A stretch of 64,000 bases of DNA. Source: a virus. The stretch lies in the IMG/VR virus record IMGVR_UViG_3300028883_000033, positions 32,001 through 96,000 of that record. One strand, given 5' to 3'. Of this stretch, positions 9,286 to 18,290 are shown one piece after another (position 1 is the stretch's first letter; each line of letters starts with the position of its first letter). The translations under genes and the position numbers were made by a program. The notes beneath the pieces were generated by a model, which did no database searches, was not told the DNA's origin, and was given only the letters and a program-made list of their open reading frames with translations.

Positions 9286-9317
9286 GAATCTTTTTACAAC
9301 TCGTTCTCGTTCAGATT

Positions 9318-9713
9318 TTAGTGCGACATAGCCGCAAGTTTTGGAACAAAATGGGATTTCTTCTCTTCAGGTGGGGTCTCTTCTTCGAGTTCTTCTTGTC
9401 TTATGACTTCTAGTTTCTGTTCTATCATATCGTGGATGTTGGGATAGACATCTTCCTGTTTGATGCCTAGTCCTTTGCGAATGACTGGCTGCTCCACATC
9501 TTTTCCATTCTTAGTGATGGTTTTAATTTCTTTGTGGTCTTTGTTCCAGTAATTCCTGCAGCGTTCACTTTCGTATGCTAGATACTCCAGATCAGCTAAA
9601 GACAGCTCATCCATGTGCTGTTCTGCAAAGTTGAGAATATTGATCCAATAAGTTAGAGAAGGAGTGAGATTATTAGGTTGGACAACTTCGGAAATCTCAT
9701 CCCTCCAACCCAT
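9318..9713 (-). CDS. Hypothetical protein (131 aa)
   Basis: Start revised to ATG 9713, 1 nt after stop of upstream zinc-ribbon gene. Confidence 0.65.
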   Translation of the reverse strand: MGWRDEISEVVQPNNLTPSLTYWINILNFAEQHMDELSLADLEYLAYESERCRNYWNKDHKEIKTITKNGKDVEQPVIRKGLGIKQEDVYPNIHDMIEQKLEVIRQEELEEETPPEEKKSHFVPKLAAMSH

Positions 9714-9714
9714 G

Positions 9715-9906
9715 TCAGGATCCGTATCTCGAAGTTGGTCGGTGGACGCCTCGTCCGTTGATTCTAAACCCGCCAGCAGGCTGGACCACACGCTTGAGAG
9801 TTTCTTTGTTGCACTTATCGCAGTGTGTGAGAGGGTCGTCTTTCATAGACTGAGTTGTTTCAAACTCATGTCCACAGTTTTCACATTTGTAGACGTATGT
9901 CGCCAT
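9715..9906 (-). CDS. FmdB-family zinc-ribbon protein
   Basis: YVYKCENCGHEFE...CDKC...GFRING. Confidence 0.85.
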   Translation of the reverse strand: MATYVYKCENCGHEFETTQSMKDDPLTHCDKCNKETLKRVVQPAGGFRINGRGVHRPTSRYGS

Positions 9907-9962
9907 ATGTTCTATTTCCTCTATTCAAATCGCTCTTATTTACAAGCGAATCTCTATTTTTA

Positions 9963-10445
9963 TCAATCTTGTTGTTCTTCTGTGGATTTTCCAATCCAAT
10001 ATGCATCGGATAAATCCTGAAGTCCGGTCGTCTTTCTTACGCCAAGCGCATCGAACTCCTGCCGAACCTCGTGTGGCAACGCATCAACCATATCGTCCTT
10101 TGATGCATTTCCCTTGCCAGTTGCTGTCTTTTTTACAGTATTTGGCGGGATGATGACAACATGATAATCGTCAATAAACCGCAATACTGTAATAATCGCT
10201 GACTGCAAACCAGCCAAATCACGGGTTGCGTTACCGTTTTTTGCGAACGCTAACCCTTCTAACGCGATGATATCAGGCTTACAATTGAGTGCTATTGCAC
10301 GCAGATGCTCGACTAAGTCCCAAGCGCGTTCATAAATGTCTTTCGTTTTATCAGTGACAAAACGCTCACAGTAGTGCATTTTGCCATCATTCAGAACTAC
10401 AATCCCACATGAAGTGTAACTCTGGTCTATAGCTAGTATTTTCAT
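9963..10445 (-). CDS. ruvC: RuvC-like Holliday junction resolvase
   Basis: LAIDQS, IALEG, VKKTATGKGNASK, DLSDAY acidic catalytic pattern. Confidence 0.85.
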   Translation of the reverse strand: MKILAIDQSYTSCGIVVLNDGKMHYCERFVTDKTKDIYERAWDLVEHLRAIALNCKPDIIALEGLAFAKNGNATRDLAGLQSAIITVLRFIDDYHVVIIPPNTVKKTATGKGNASKDDMVDALPHEVRQEFDALGVRKTTGLQDLSDAYWIGKSTEEQQD

Positions 10446-10467
10446 ACTAGCTATTTAAGTGTAACCC

Positions 10468-10791
10468 TTAAAGGATACTCATCGCGCGATTATACGCGTC
10501 AATCAATTCCTTGGAATTTCGATCAACTCTCAGTGGATTGAACCGTATAACAAACGTACGTTCGCTGGATGGAACATCAGTCCACCACCACATAATCTCA
10601 ACGCTAGCTTCGGGTGTGTAATCAAATGTAACCTTTGCATCGAACGTTGGATGATCTTCCTGAATATCCACCAATGTCATCATCGTTGTTGAGTTCATGG
10701 CCGTGCATGTGCTGGGGTCAGAAAAGTTTGACCACCCAAATGTGCTAAGCTCTGCTAGTAACCGTTTAATCACCGTATCTTCAAAGTTCAT
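10468..10791 (-). CDS. Hypothetical protein ending AYNRAMSIL
   Basis: ATGA-type overlap with upstream ORF; in operon. Confidence 0.65.
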   Translation of the reverse strand: MNFEDTVIKRLLAELSTFGWSNFSDPSTCTAMNSTTMMTLVDIQEDHPTFDAKVTFDYTPEASVEIMWWWTDVPSSERTFVIRFNPLRVDRNSKELIDAYNRAMSIL

Positions 10792-11015
10792 AATACGCTC
10801 ATCGCCCTCTCATATGCCTCTGCCAAATCATCCTTTTCTAGGATTACATCAACCACATGATCTTCATGATCGGTGCACACCCATCGGTTGTGCTCGCTCT
10901 TATAATAGAACTCACCATTGTTGGTATTGTACCAAATGTGTCCAAGAGGAGCATCTTTCGGTGGGGTTGGCCCAGTGGCTGGTGGCATTGGTAAAACTGA
11001 CATGTCAATCCTCAA
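10788..11015 (-). CDS. Hypothetical protein ending AYERAMSVL
   Basis: Overlaps gp46 stop; contains GHIWYNT...RW module. Confidence 0.6.
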   Translation of the reverse strand: MRIDMSVLPMPPATGPTPPKDAPLGHIWYNTNNGEFYYKSEHNRWVCTDHEDHVVDVILEKDDLAEAYERAMSVL

Positions 11016-12771
11016 ACTTTACATAACTAAAGCCTTTCGACATCTGGATTGTCATTCGGTGATCAAACGCACTATCAATCTCATCGCGGTGCGAGATCAC
11101 ATACATTGACAAACCTTCATCTCTGGCTTTGTGTTTAAGCATTCGAGCGGCTGCCTGTACACCTATGGCATCAAGTCCTACGTCCAGTACCTCATCCAAC
11201 ATGCAAACGTTGATGTGATCGTGAATGCTTTGCAGCACGTCTCTAAATGCAAACGATAATGCAATATTTACGCGAGCCCTCTGACCGTTTGACAAGTTAC
11301 CAAAATCAAGCGGTCGACCAAACTGTGAAATGCTAGCTGTCATCTCATGAGTAAACTCAACGGTATGAGATAACCCCAGCTGTGTTAGGTAATGTTGCAG
11401 GCGTTGGTTAAGGAATGGAATATTCTTATTAAGCAAAGCCTTACGAACGAAACTATCCTTCTTTGTTAGGAGTTTGAGCAGAAACTTCTGATGCTCGACA
11501 TACTTGGTGAGTTCGTTGATCTTGCTCATGTCAATCTCGTCCAACTCAACATCTTCAAGTTCCTGTAACGGTTCCAGGAAAGGATTCTGAGCTTTACGTA
11601 ATGTTTCCAAGCGAGTTCTGTATTGGTCTTGTTTTCCTCTGATATCCATCAGTTCTTTCAAGTTCATGACAGTAATCTTGCTTTTGATCTCCTTGTGCAA
11701 GCTAGCCTTTACTTCAACAGTATCTTCCGCTTCTGTTAATGTTTCCTCTACGACAGCCATCTTTCCCGTTAACTCAGATACAATTTCTTCGTTCTCGGTG
11801 ATCTTAGCTTCAGCATCTTCATATTTCTGTAGGCAGTAAGGACATTTAGCATCACGGAGATGTTCAAGTTCGCCATTGACTTTTTTGAGTTTCTTTTCAA
11901 TGTCGGTGATCAGCTTCTCTGCCTTTTGATGCTCCCCGATAGCCTCTCGCAGTTCAGCATCAGCAGAGGTTAGCTCCTCGTGCAGCTTGCTCTGTTCATC
12001 AAAATCAATATCAGCTATTTTTGCGAGTTTGGCTTCAATTTCCTCAATCTCTTGATGGTTTTGAGATTGCCAATTAAGGACACGACGTTCGGCAGACTCG
12101 AGCTGCTTCTCATGCCGGTCGTGTTCTTTTTTGAGCTGATCTACCCGAGCTTTGTGCATCTCGAGGGCTTGTTCTTTCTCCCTGATCTGCTCTTTTAATA
12201 TGGAGGCCTTCTCCGACAACGTCTTTAGGTCAAACAGCTCCTCAATAATATCCGTCTGATTTGCTGCATAAGGCGACCTAACTGGGAGATCAAGGAAAGG
12301 TGTATGCGTTGCGGAGAAGGCCACAATCCTTACGAACAATTCGTAAGGTATTCCTATGATCTTTTCAATCGCCGCATTCGTATTGCTGACGCTGTCGGGC
12401 GTAACATCCTTTCCGTCTTCGAAAAGATGAACGTGATTGCCTGCAGCTCCAGCTTTTGTTTTACGAGCTCGAACGACTGTATAGGTTTTACCGTCTTTTT
12501 GGAATTCAACGGTAACTTCCATATTCTTCTTGTTGATGTTATTTACAAGATTGTCTTTGGATATGTTCGATACGGGTTTATCATACACTGCGTATACTAG
12601 TGCATTGAGCAGCACCGTTTTCCCAACACCATTGGCGCCAGTTCCGGTTGATGTGTTATCAAGATCCTCGCCAACAACAAGCGTAGTGCCGGGGCGATCA
12701 AGTACTATGGTAGTTGGCACATTACCATAACTAAGAAAGTTCTTTATCACAATTGATGTAAATTTGATCAT
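11005..12771 (-). CDS. gp46: Rad50/SbcC-like recombination ATPase (gp46)
   Basis: KNFLSYGN, GANGVGKT, CPYC zinc hook, LSNGQ signature, LDEVLD, ISH. Confidence 0.95.
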   Translation of the reverse strand: MIKFTSIVIKNFLSYGNVPTTIVLDRPGTTLVVGEDLDNTSTGTGANGVGKTVLLNALVYAVYDKPVSNISKDNLVNNINKKNMEVTVEFQKDGKTYTVVRARKTKAGAAGNHVHLFEDGKDVTPDSVSNTNAAIEKIIGIPYELFVRIVAFSATHTPFLDLPVRSPYAANQTDIIEELFDLKTLSEKASILKEQIREKEQALEMHKARVDQLKKEHDRHEKQLESAERRVLNWQSQNHQEIEEIEAKLAKIADIDFDEQSKLHEELTSADAELREAIGEHQKAEKLITDIEKKLKKVNGELEHLRDAKCPYCLQKYEDAEAKITENEEIVSELTGKMAVVEETLTEAEDTVEVKASLHKEIKSKITVMNLKELMDIRGKQDQYRTRLETLRKAQNPFLEPLQELEDVELDEIDMSKINELTKYVEHQKFLLKLLTKKDSFVRKALLNKNIPFLNQRLQHYLTQLGLSHTVEFTHEMTASISQFGRPLDFGNLSNGQRARVNIALSFAFRDVLQSIHDHINVCMLDEVLDVGLDAIGVQAAARMLKHKARDEGLSMYVISHRDEIDSAFDHRMTIQMSKGFSYVKFED

Positions 12772-12811
12772 TCCCCTAAATCAACCCTTTTTATTGTCGT
12801 CGTTTTTTGGG

Positions 12812-13873
12812 TCACTTCAATCCTTGATAGATTGAGACCAGTAACTCATTTTGCAGATGATCTGATGAAATGTCATTAAGCATCTGCTCAACAAGTTCGT
12901 CGACTCCAGCTAATTCAGTATCTGGAGTCCACTCAATGTTAGTTTCGGTGTCGGATAATGCCTCACGAAGTTCCATAGATTCCTCTAATGCAAATTCGCG
13001 CAACCTGTACCGTTCCGTAAAACTTTGTTTCAGAGCTGTACTTTCTTCGAAAGAGATAGGAACATCAACAAGACATTTCACACGAGCGCCGGGATATAGG
13101 GTTACTGTGTTATCTAAAATATCCGTTAATGTAGTCTTCACGTACTTCGGACAATCGTCCCAGTTCTCAAACAACATCTCCTTTGTTTGATAATTGTACG
13201 TCATCAACCCACGATTGAAATCGCCAGCATCTCCAAAATCCATGGGGAATGTGTTGCCGATATACACCACATTACTATCGGGCTGAGCCTGCCGCTTGTG
13301 GAAGTGTCCGGATACTATAAAGTCGGGTCCTGCATAATCAGCAGGATCAGGTCCTGTCGGCATTACCATGCCATACCCTGTCACCTCGAATCCTTTAAAC
13401 TCAAAATGACCAGCCCAAAAAGGAACGTCTAGGTATTTGGCTAGGGATGGATATTCATCATGAAACAAATAAGGGCAGAACAAGGCCCTACCTTCAATAT
13501 CATCGATTACTGTGGGCTCCTCAATTACCACGAAGTTATCAAATTCATGGAAAGGAATCACGGAGTGAATTTCTCGAGTGTGTCGGTGATACAGATCATG
13601 GTTGCCGACGATAAAGTATACAGGCACTCCAAGGTCGTTGAGCATCTTGGCGCCTTTATATGAGTAGTGCATTGTTTGTATATTCAACGCACTCCGATTT
13701 TCGTTCCAATCCCCCAAGAACCCAACATGGTCAATTTCAGGATCAGCTCGAACGTGATCGCAAAACCACTCTAGGTAATTTAAACAATCTTGATTGTGTA
13801 ACTCAGAATTTGCTTTCTTGCCGAAATGTATATCGGTGCAGAATGCCCCTTTCTTCAGGAGTTTATCTGACAT
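12812..13873 (-). CDS. gp47: Mre11/SbcD-like nuclease (gp47)
   Basis: TDIHFG, LGD, VGNHD, SGHFH metallophosphoesterase motifs; ATG 13873 preferred start. Confidence 0.95.
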   Translation of the reverse strand: MSDKLLKKGAFCTDIHFGKKANSELHNQDCLNYLEWFCDHVRADPEIDHVGFLGDWNENRSALNIQTMHYSYKGAKMLNDLGVPVYFIVGNHDLYHRHTREIHSVIPFHEFDNFVVIEEPTVIDDIEGRALFCPYLFHDEYPSLAKYLDVPFWAGHFEFKGFEVTGYGMVMPTGPDPADYAGPDFIVSGHFHKRQAQPDSNVVYIGNTFPMDFGDAGDFNRGLMTYNYQTKEMLFENWDDCPKYVKTTLTDILDNTVTLYPGARVKCLVDVPISFEESTALKQSFTERYRLREFALEESMELREALSDTETNIEWTPDTELAGVDELVEQMLNDISSDHLQNELLVSIYQGLK

Positions 13874-13901
13874 ATGTTCCCCCACGCGCTGGGATGCGTA
13901 A

Positions 13902-14420
13902 TTAATATCCCAGCAAATCGTCGTCTGATTTTTCTTCTTGTTCTAAACGATTAGCATCTTCCATGTGCTGATCATGGTCTTCTTCGTCGTGAGCAGGCCG
14001 TTGGCTTTCATACTCCATCTGGTAATTGTACGAGGGCGTCAATCCCTTGTCAACCAGAATTTCATCACGTATCACGCGCTGTCTTTTTTCTTGGTTGAGA
14101 TATTGTATGAAGGAATTCTTGATACATTGCGTGAAGAAAGCGAAGGGGTTGTTACTTTTGGCAGGATCGAAGCTGTTCCACGTTCTAACGAGCATCATCA
14201 TCGCATATGCCTGCATGTCCTCGTTATACGTATAGTTCGCAAAGTTTCCCTTTTTTCCATACCGGGCGGTTAAGAGCGTGAGCATCTTTGCGAGCTCGTT
14301 CGACATCTTCCCCTCTTCCTTGCTGATGATAACTTGCGCGAGGAGATCCTTATTGTTTAAGTATTTGGTTTTTCTCTTTGGTGTCGGCTTCTTTTGTGCC
14401 GCTTCTTGTTTTTTTGCCAT
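13902..14420 (-). CDS. gp55: Late transcription sigma factor (gp55-like)
   Basis: YLNNKDLL, NFANYTYNEDM, FDPAKSNNPFAFFTQ, EKRQ; T4 synteny 55-47-46. Confidence 0.9.
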   Translation of the reverse strand: MAKKQEAAQKKPTPKRKTKYLNNKDLLAQVIISKEEGKMSNELAKMLTLLTARYGKKGNFANYTYNEDMQAYAMMMLVRTWNSFDPAKSNNPFAFFTQCIKNSFIQYLNQEKRQRVIRDEILVDKGLTPSYNYQMEYESQRPAHDEEDHDQHMEDANRLEQEEKSDDDLLGY

Positions 14421-14450
14421 TAATATGGTATCCTCTTACTAATACTGTTG

Positions 14451-14478
14451 ATTATACGCTAAAAAGCACAAAGGTCAA
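14451..14478 (-). promoter_or_regulatory. Sigma70-like promoter for gp55-47-46
   Basis: TTGACC-N16-TATAAT. Confidence 0.7.
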
Positions 14479-14482
14479 CACA

Positions 14483-14490
14483 TATAAATA
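14483..14490 (+). promoter_or_regulatory. Late promoter TATAAATA heading baseplate operon
   Basis: Perfect T4 late consensus 24 nt before ATG 14515. Confidence 0.8.
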
Positions 14491-14514
14491 TCACTAATAC
14501 GTGGAGATACTGAC

Positions 14515-15144
14515 ATGACGACCCTGAAAAAGTTCCTTGAGAACCCCCAAGTTGATTTAACAGCAGATAGAGTTGCTGTGTTTACGTTCGGTCGTTTCAA
14601 CCCGCCAACGAAAGGGCACGGTCAGTTAATCGAAACTGTGATTTCGTTGTCTAAAGGCGGCGATCACTTCATTTTTCCCTCGCATACTGTAGACAAACCG
14701 CTAAAGAAGACAGGCCGTATCAACCCTGATACTAGCAAAAACCCATTGCCTTTTGACGTGAAAGTCGCATTCATGCGTCAATTGTTCCCACTAGCAAACA
14801 TCGTAGAGGATGGACCGACAAATCCATGGAATGTTCCGGAGTGGCTAGGAGAGCAGGGATACACGGATATAAAGATGGTTGTGGGTGCTGATCAGATCGA
14901 CGATTTCTCGCGCCTGGTCGAATCCGCATCAAAATACTTCAATTCGTTTGAAATTGTAAGTGCTGGAATCAGAAATCCTGATGCATCGGATCTTACAGGA
15001 ATGAGTGCGACTAAAGCACGATCAGCGGCCCTTTTGGAGGACATTGGAAAGTTCCGCGTTGCCACCGGCTGGTCGGGAGAGGTGGCTGAAAAGCTGATGG
15101 AAGCAACACGAATAAGCATGGGAGCTGAGATACGTGGCCGATAA
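14515..15144 (+). CDS. HIGH-class nucleotidyltransferase (phage cytidyltransferase/NMNAT-like)
   Basis: FTFGRFNPPTKGH, KNPL, MVVGAD, VSAG, GMSATKAR motifs. Confidence 0.85.
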   Translation: MTTLKKFLENPQVDLTADRVAVFTFGRFNPPTKGHGQLIETVISLSKGGDHFIFPSHTVDKPLKKTGRINPDTSKNPLPFDVKVAFMRQLFPLANIVEDGPTNPWNVPEWLGEQGYTDIKMVVGADQIDDFSRLVESASKYFNSFEIVSAGIRNPDASDLTGMSATKARSAALLEDIGKFRVATGWSGEVAEKLMEATRISMGAEIRGR

Positions 15145-15829
15145 TTTTCGAATTAGTCTAACAAACTCTACCAACGTCACTGAGCGTATACTGATTGAGG
15201 CTACGCCTGAATTGGTGGAGACGCGTAATGTTAACTACAAGACGATTGATCCTATACACGCACCGGGTCAAATTTACTCGTATGTGAATACAGCAGCCCG
15301 CACGTTCAACATATCTTCGATTAAGTTAGTATCACGTACACGCGAAGAAGCAGAACGCAATCTGACGTATCTTTGGTATCTGCGTGCTTGGACCATGCCT
15401 GAATTCGGTCGTGGTGGTAAACTGAATGATTCGCAACGAAACGCCCGTCAAAATCTATCTTCGCAGTACCGTGATTCGGATTTCTTCGATGATGAAGATC
15501 GCCGACGCGTACTTGCGGAAGCTGTGAGTGAAAACGGAGCGCATTTCGGAACTAGTCTTCGGGGAGCACCACCTACGGTGTTGTTGTTAAACGCGTACTC
15601 TCCCAGTGGCGATCGAAACAAGAAAGCACACATACACAAAGTTCCGGTTGTAATACAAAACGTTAGTATTCCATATCCGGCTGATGTTGATTATTTTCCA
15701 TCGCTATCAGGAATCCCAATGCCAACATTGATGACGTTAGATATGACACTGGCAGAGACGCATTCGCCGGCAGAGTACTCAAACTTTCATCTAACTGAAT
15801 TCAAACAAGGACTGTTACGAGGTTTCTAA
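15134..15829 (+). CDS. Baseplate/tail-tube initiator-like protein
   Basis: GAPPTVLLL...VPVVIQNVSIPYP...LAETHSP tube-like pattern; precedes gp53-like gene. Confidence 0.55.
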   Translation: MADNFRISLTNSTNVTERILIEATPELVETRNVNYKTIDPIHAPGQIYSYVNTAARTFNISSIKLVSRTREEAERNLTYLWYLRAWTMPEFGRGGKLNDSQRNARQNLSSQYRDSDFFDDEDRRRVLAEAVSENGAHFGTSLRGAPPTVLLLNAYSPSGDRNKKAHIHKVPVVIQNVSIPYPADVDYFPSLSGIPMPTLMTLDMTLAETHSPAEYSNFHLTEFKQGLLRGF

Positions 15830-16188
15830 TGGCTGCAAAAACAAGTACATCGAGAACGAATAATTCTGTCAATAACCATAAGTCGCGATATACCCAAGGT
15901 GGGTTGACTGATAGGTATCCTAACCGCCTTGGTTGGTGGGAACGTCGAGATATTCCAGAAGATGACACGGACATTACCATAACTGTGACGCCGGCCGAAG
16001 ATCGTCGTCCTGATTTAATTGCATACAACATGTATGGACAGTCAGTCCTAGCATGGGTTGTTCTGCAATTTAACAATATTGTAGATATACAAACAGAACT
16101 GAAGACTGGTACTGAGATAAGACTTCCCACACAACGTCGGTTGATGCTGGATATCTTGAATCAAAGTACTGGCGGCAAAAGAGCATAA
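15829..16188 (+). CDS. gp53: Baseplate wedge protein gp53-like (LysM-like)
   Basis: RPDLIAYNMYG...WVVLQFNNI...GTEIRLP. Confidence 0.85.
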   Translation: MAAKTSTSRTNNSVNNHKSRYTQGGLTDRYPNRLGWWERRDIPEDDTDITITVTPAEDRRPDLIAYNMYGQSVLAWVVLQFNNIVDIQTELKTGTEIRLPTQRRLMLDILNQSTGGKRA

Positions 16189-16197
16189 TAATAATAG

Positions 16198-18288
16198 ATG
16201 TCAAATCCGAAGAACCCCTTAGATGTTTTCCGATCGTATGCATATCACCACATTCTAGTAGCATGTGACGGTACCAACACAGCTGACAGCCTTACTAGTG
16301 CTCCACTGTCGGCGTACGATCATCCCTCCAATAAATTTTGCCCCCAGTCTTTAACTGGTGCCGGGAATTATATTGTATTGATCAATGGAATGACTGATGC
16401 GCAGTTTTATATCAGTACTGCGAAGTGGTCATCAGTGATGATTCCCCGTGTTCGAGGACAAGGACAAACATCTGCTTCATCGACAATGGCTGTTGATGGC
16501 GAATTACAAATAGTTGAACCACGGGGGCTTAATTTTTACAACCTGTTAAACCAAGCAACTAAGTCACTTCGAATTGACCCGTCCGCGATGGTATATGTGC
16601 TCAAAACTATATTTGTTGGGATCACTGACGTGGGAACCGAAGAGGTAATCTCCACCATTAGGCCAATGCCGTTCATCCTTACTGATATAACATCGTCATT
16701 CAGTCACACTGGCGCAGAGTACAACATCTCGTTTGTGGGTATGGTTAATGGTGCTGGTAAGATGCCTCATGCGAACTCTATAGTTCAGGGATTTACTGGA
16801 ACGATCCCTCCAGGCAGTATTCCCGAGGCTCTGTCATATATCAAAGATCAACTCAATGAGTTATATCGAGATCAGCGAGCAAAGACGATTAATGCTGCAT
16901 CAACATGTGGTGTGGATAGGGATATTGTCGACATTGAAAATGAGTTTATGAATGTTGAATATGACATCAAAGTTTCGTCGAAATATGATAGTTATGTTGC
17001 AGGTAATGCTCTCCCTGCAAATCGCCAATCGACAGGAAATGGAGATTCACACATTTCTGACTTAGGTGAGTCAACGTCAATTGAACGAATCATCGATGAA
17101 GTGATGCGCTCATCTAAACAAGTTTTATCAGACCTTGAGGGCGAAGCGACGGATGACACCGAGACGTCTAAACGAAAGATGTATAAGATCACATCGGACG
17201 TTCAGATAGACCGATCGCAATCAAAGTATAAGGTAACGTATTACGTTAACCAATACGTTGGAACAGTTGTGCGTGCTGAAGATATAGAAACATATACCCC
17301 ACCAACTGGACCAACAGGCGAAAGTGTTGGAATTGAATTTGATTATATTTTTACTGGCGACAATATTGATATTATTGAGTTTGATATGGATATGCAGTAC
17401 GGTCTAACATTCCTTCAGATGCTTGGAACGAATAGCTCCTGTCCAACGTCACGGTTAGACAATAAGATGTTCGGTAACCCCGACACTCTTGTTGCAGGGA
17501 TAGGTAATAAAGATGGTGCGGGTGATCAGAAACCGCCAGCAGCGGGATGTTACAACTCCGATCAACCTTCAGACGATGTGGTAAAGAAGCCTCTGTTTCT
17601 TGGATCGATGCTAACGCACCCATCGTTTAGAGATACACGAACGCCCGGGGCCGCGGCTGGGTTTAATTCATTATTGCATAGAATAGCAGCGCTTGAAAAC
17701 ATCGGTGCTAAGATGAAGATACGTGGGAATCCACAACTTCTGGAAGATAGTATATTACAGCGTTCGGACCTTGAAGCGGCTGAAGAAATGATAACCCAAT
17801 CTGTACCAAACAGCGACCGGCCGTTGATACCAGGGACACACACAATCCCAGGGTATATTAAGGTGAACATAATGATGCCAAGAGCATGGCAGATGTCTGA
17901 AACGGAAGATTTGTCCAACCCTAATGATTATGTTATTGCAGATGCAGCTGGCGATTATGCTAGCGCGTTTTGGTATAAGGGATGGTATATGTTACTGCAG
18001 ATTGACCATGTATTCTCCGATGGTGAGTTTACTCAGGAGTTGGAAATCTACAGCTTACCTACTGACGCAGGTCAGTCGGGTATTGGTAAATGTATTGACG
18101 AAGCAGTATTCCCTCCAAAAGCAGATCCGGGTGGGCAAACAGTACCTGCTCCAGCGAATACAACATCAACGTCTACCAACGGTTCAGCTGCTACATCAAC
18201 AGGTGGCGCCGCCGCAGAGAGTGACAAAACTGTAGGTTCTATGAAACTTAATGAATTAGCCGCTAGGCGTAACGGTGCTGGAGAATAA
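16198..18288 (+). CDS. Baseplate hub protein (gp27/gpD-like)
   Basis: MKIRGNP and GWYMLLQIDHVFSDGEFTQEL C-terminal hub pattern; precedes gp5. Confidence 0.6.
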   Translation: MSNPKNPLDVFRSYAYHHILVACDGTNTADSLTSAPLSAYDHPSNKFCPQSLTGAGNYIVLINGMTDAQFYISTAKWSSVMIPRVRGQGQTSASSTMAVDGELQIVEPRGLNFYNLLNQATKSLRIDPSAMVYVLKTIFVGITDVGTEEVISTIRPMPFILTDITSSFSHTGAEYNISFVGMVNGAGKMPHANSIVQGFTGTIPPGSIPEALSYIKDQLNELYRDQRAKTINAASTCGVDRDIVDIENEFMNVEYDIKVSSKYDSYVAGNALPANRQSTGNGDSHISDLGESTSIERIIDEVMRSSKQVLSDLEGEATDDTETSKRKMYKITSDVQIDRSQSKYKVTYYVNQYVGTVVRAEDIETYTPPTGPTGESVGIEFDYIFTGDNIDIIEFDMDMQYGLTFLQMLGTNSSCPTSRLDNKMFGNPDTLVAGIGNKDGAGDQKPPAAGCYNSDQPSDDVVKKPLFLGSMLTHPSFRDTRTPGAAAGFNSLLHRIAALENIGAKMKIRGNPQLLEDSILQRSDLEAAEEMITQSVPNSDRPLIPGTHTIPGYIKVNIMMPRAWQMSETEDLSNPNDYVIADAAGDYASAFWYKGWYMLLQIDHVFSDGEFTQELEIYSLPTDAGQSGIGKCIDEAVFPPKADPGGQTVPAPANTTSTSTNGSAATSTGGAAAESDKTVGSMKLNELAARRNGAGE

Positions 18289-18290
18289 TA

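Noticed and set aside
8925-9317. tRNA or tmRNA in the intergenic gap
   Set aside because: No cloverleaf, T-loop GTTC consensus in a proper stem, or CCA acceptor found by eye
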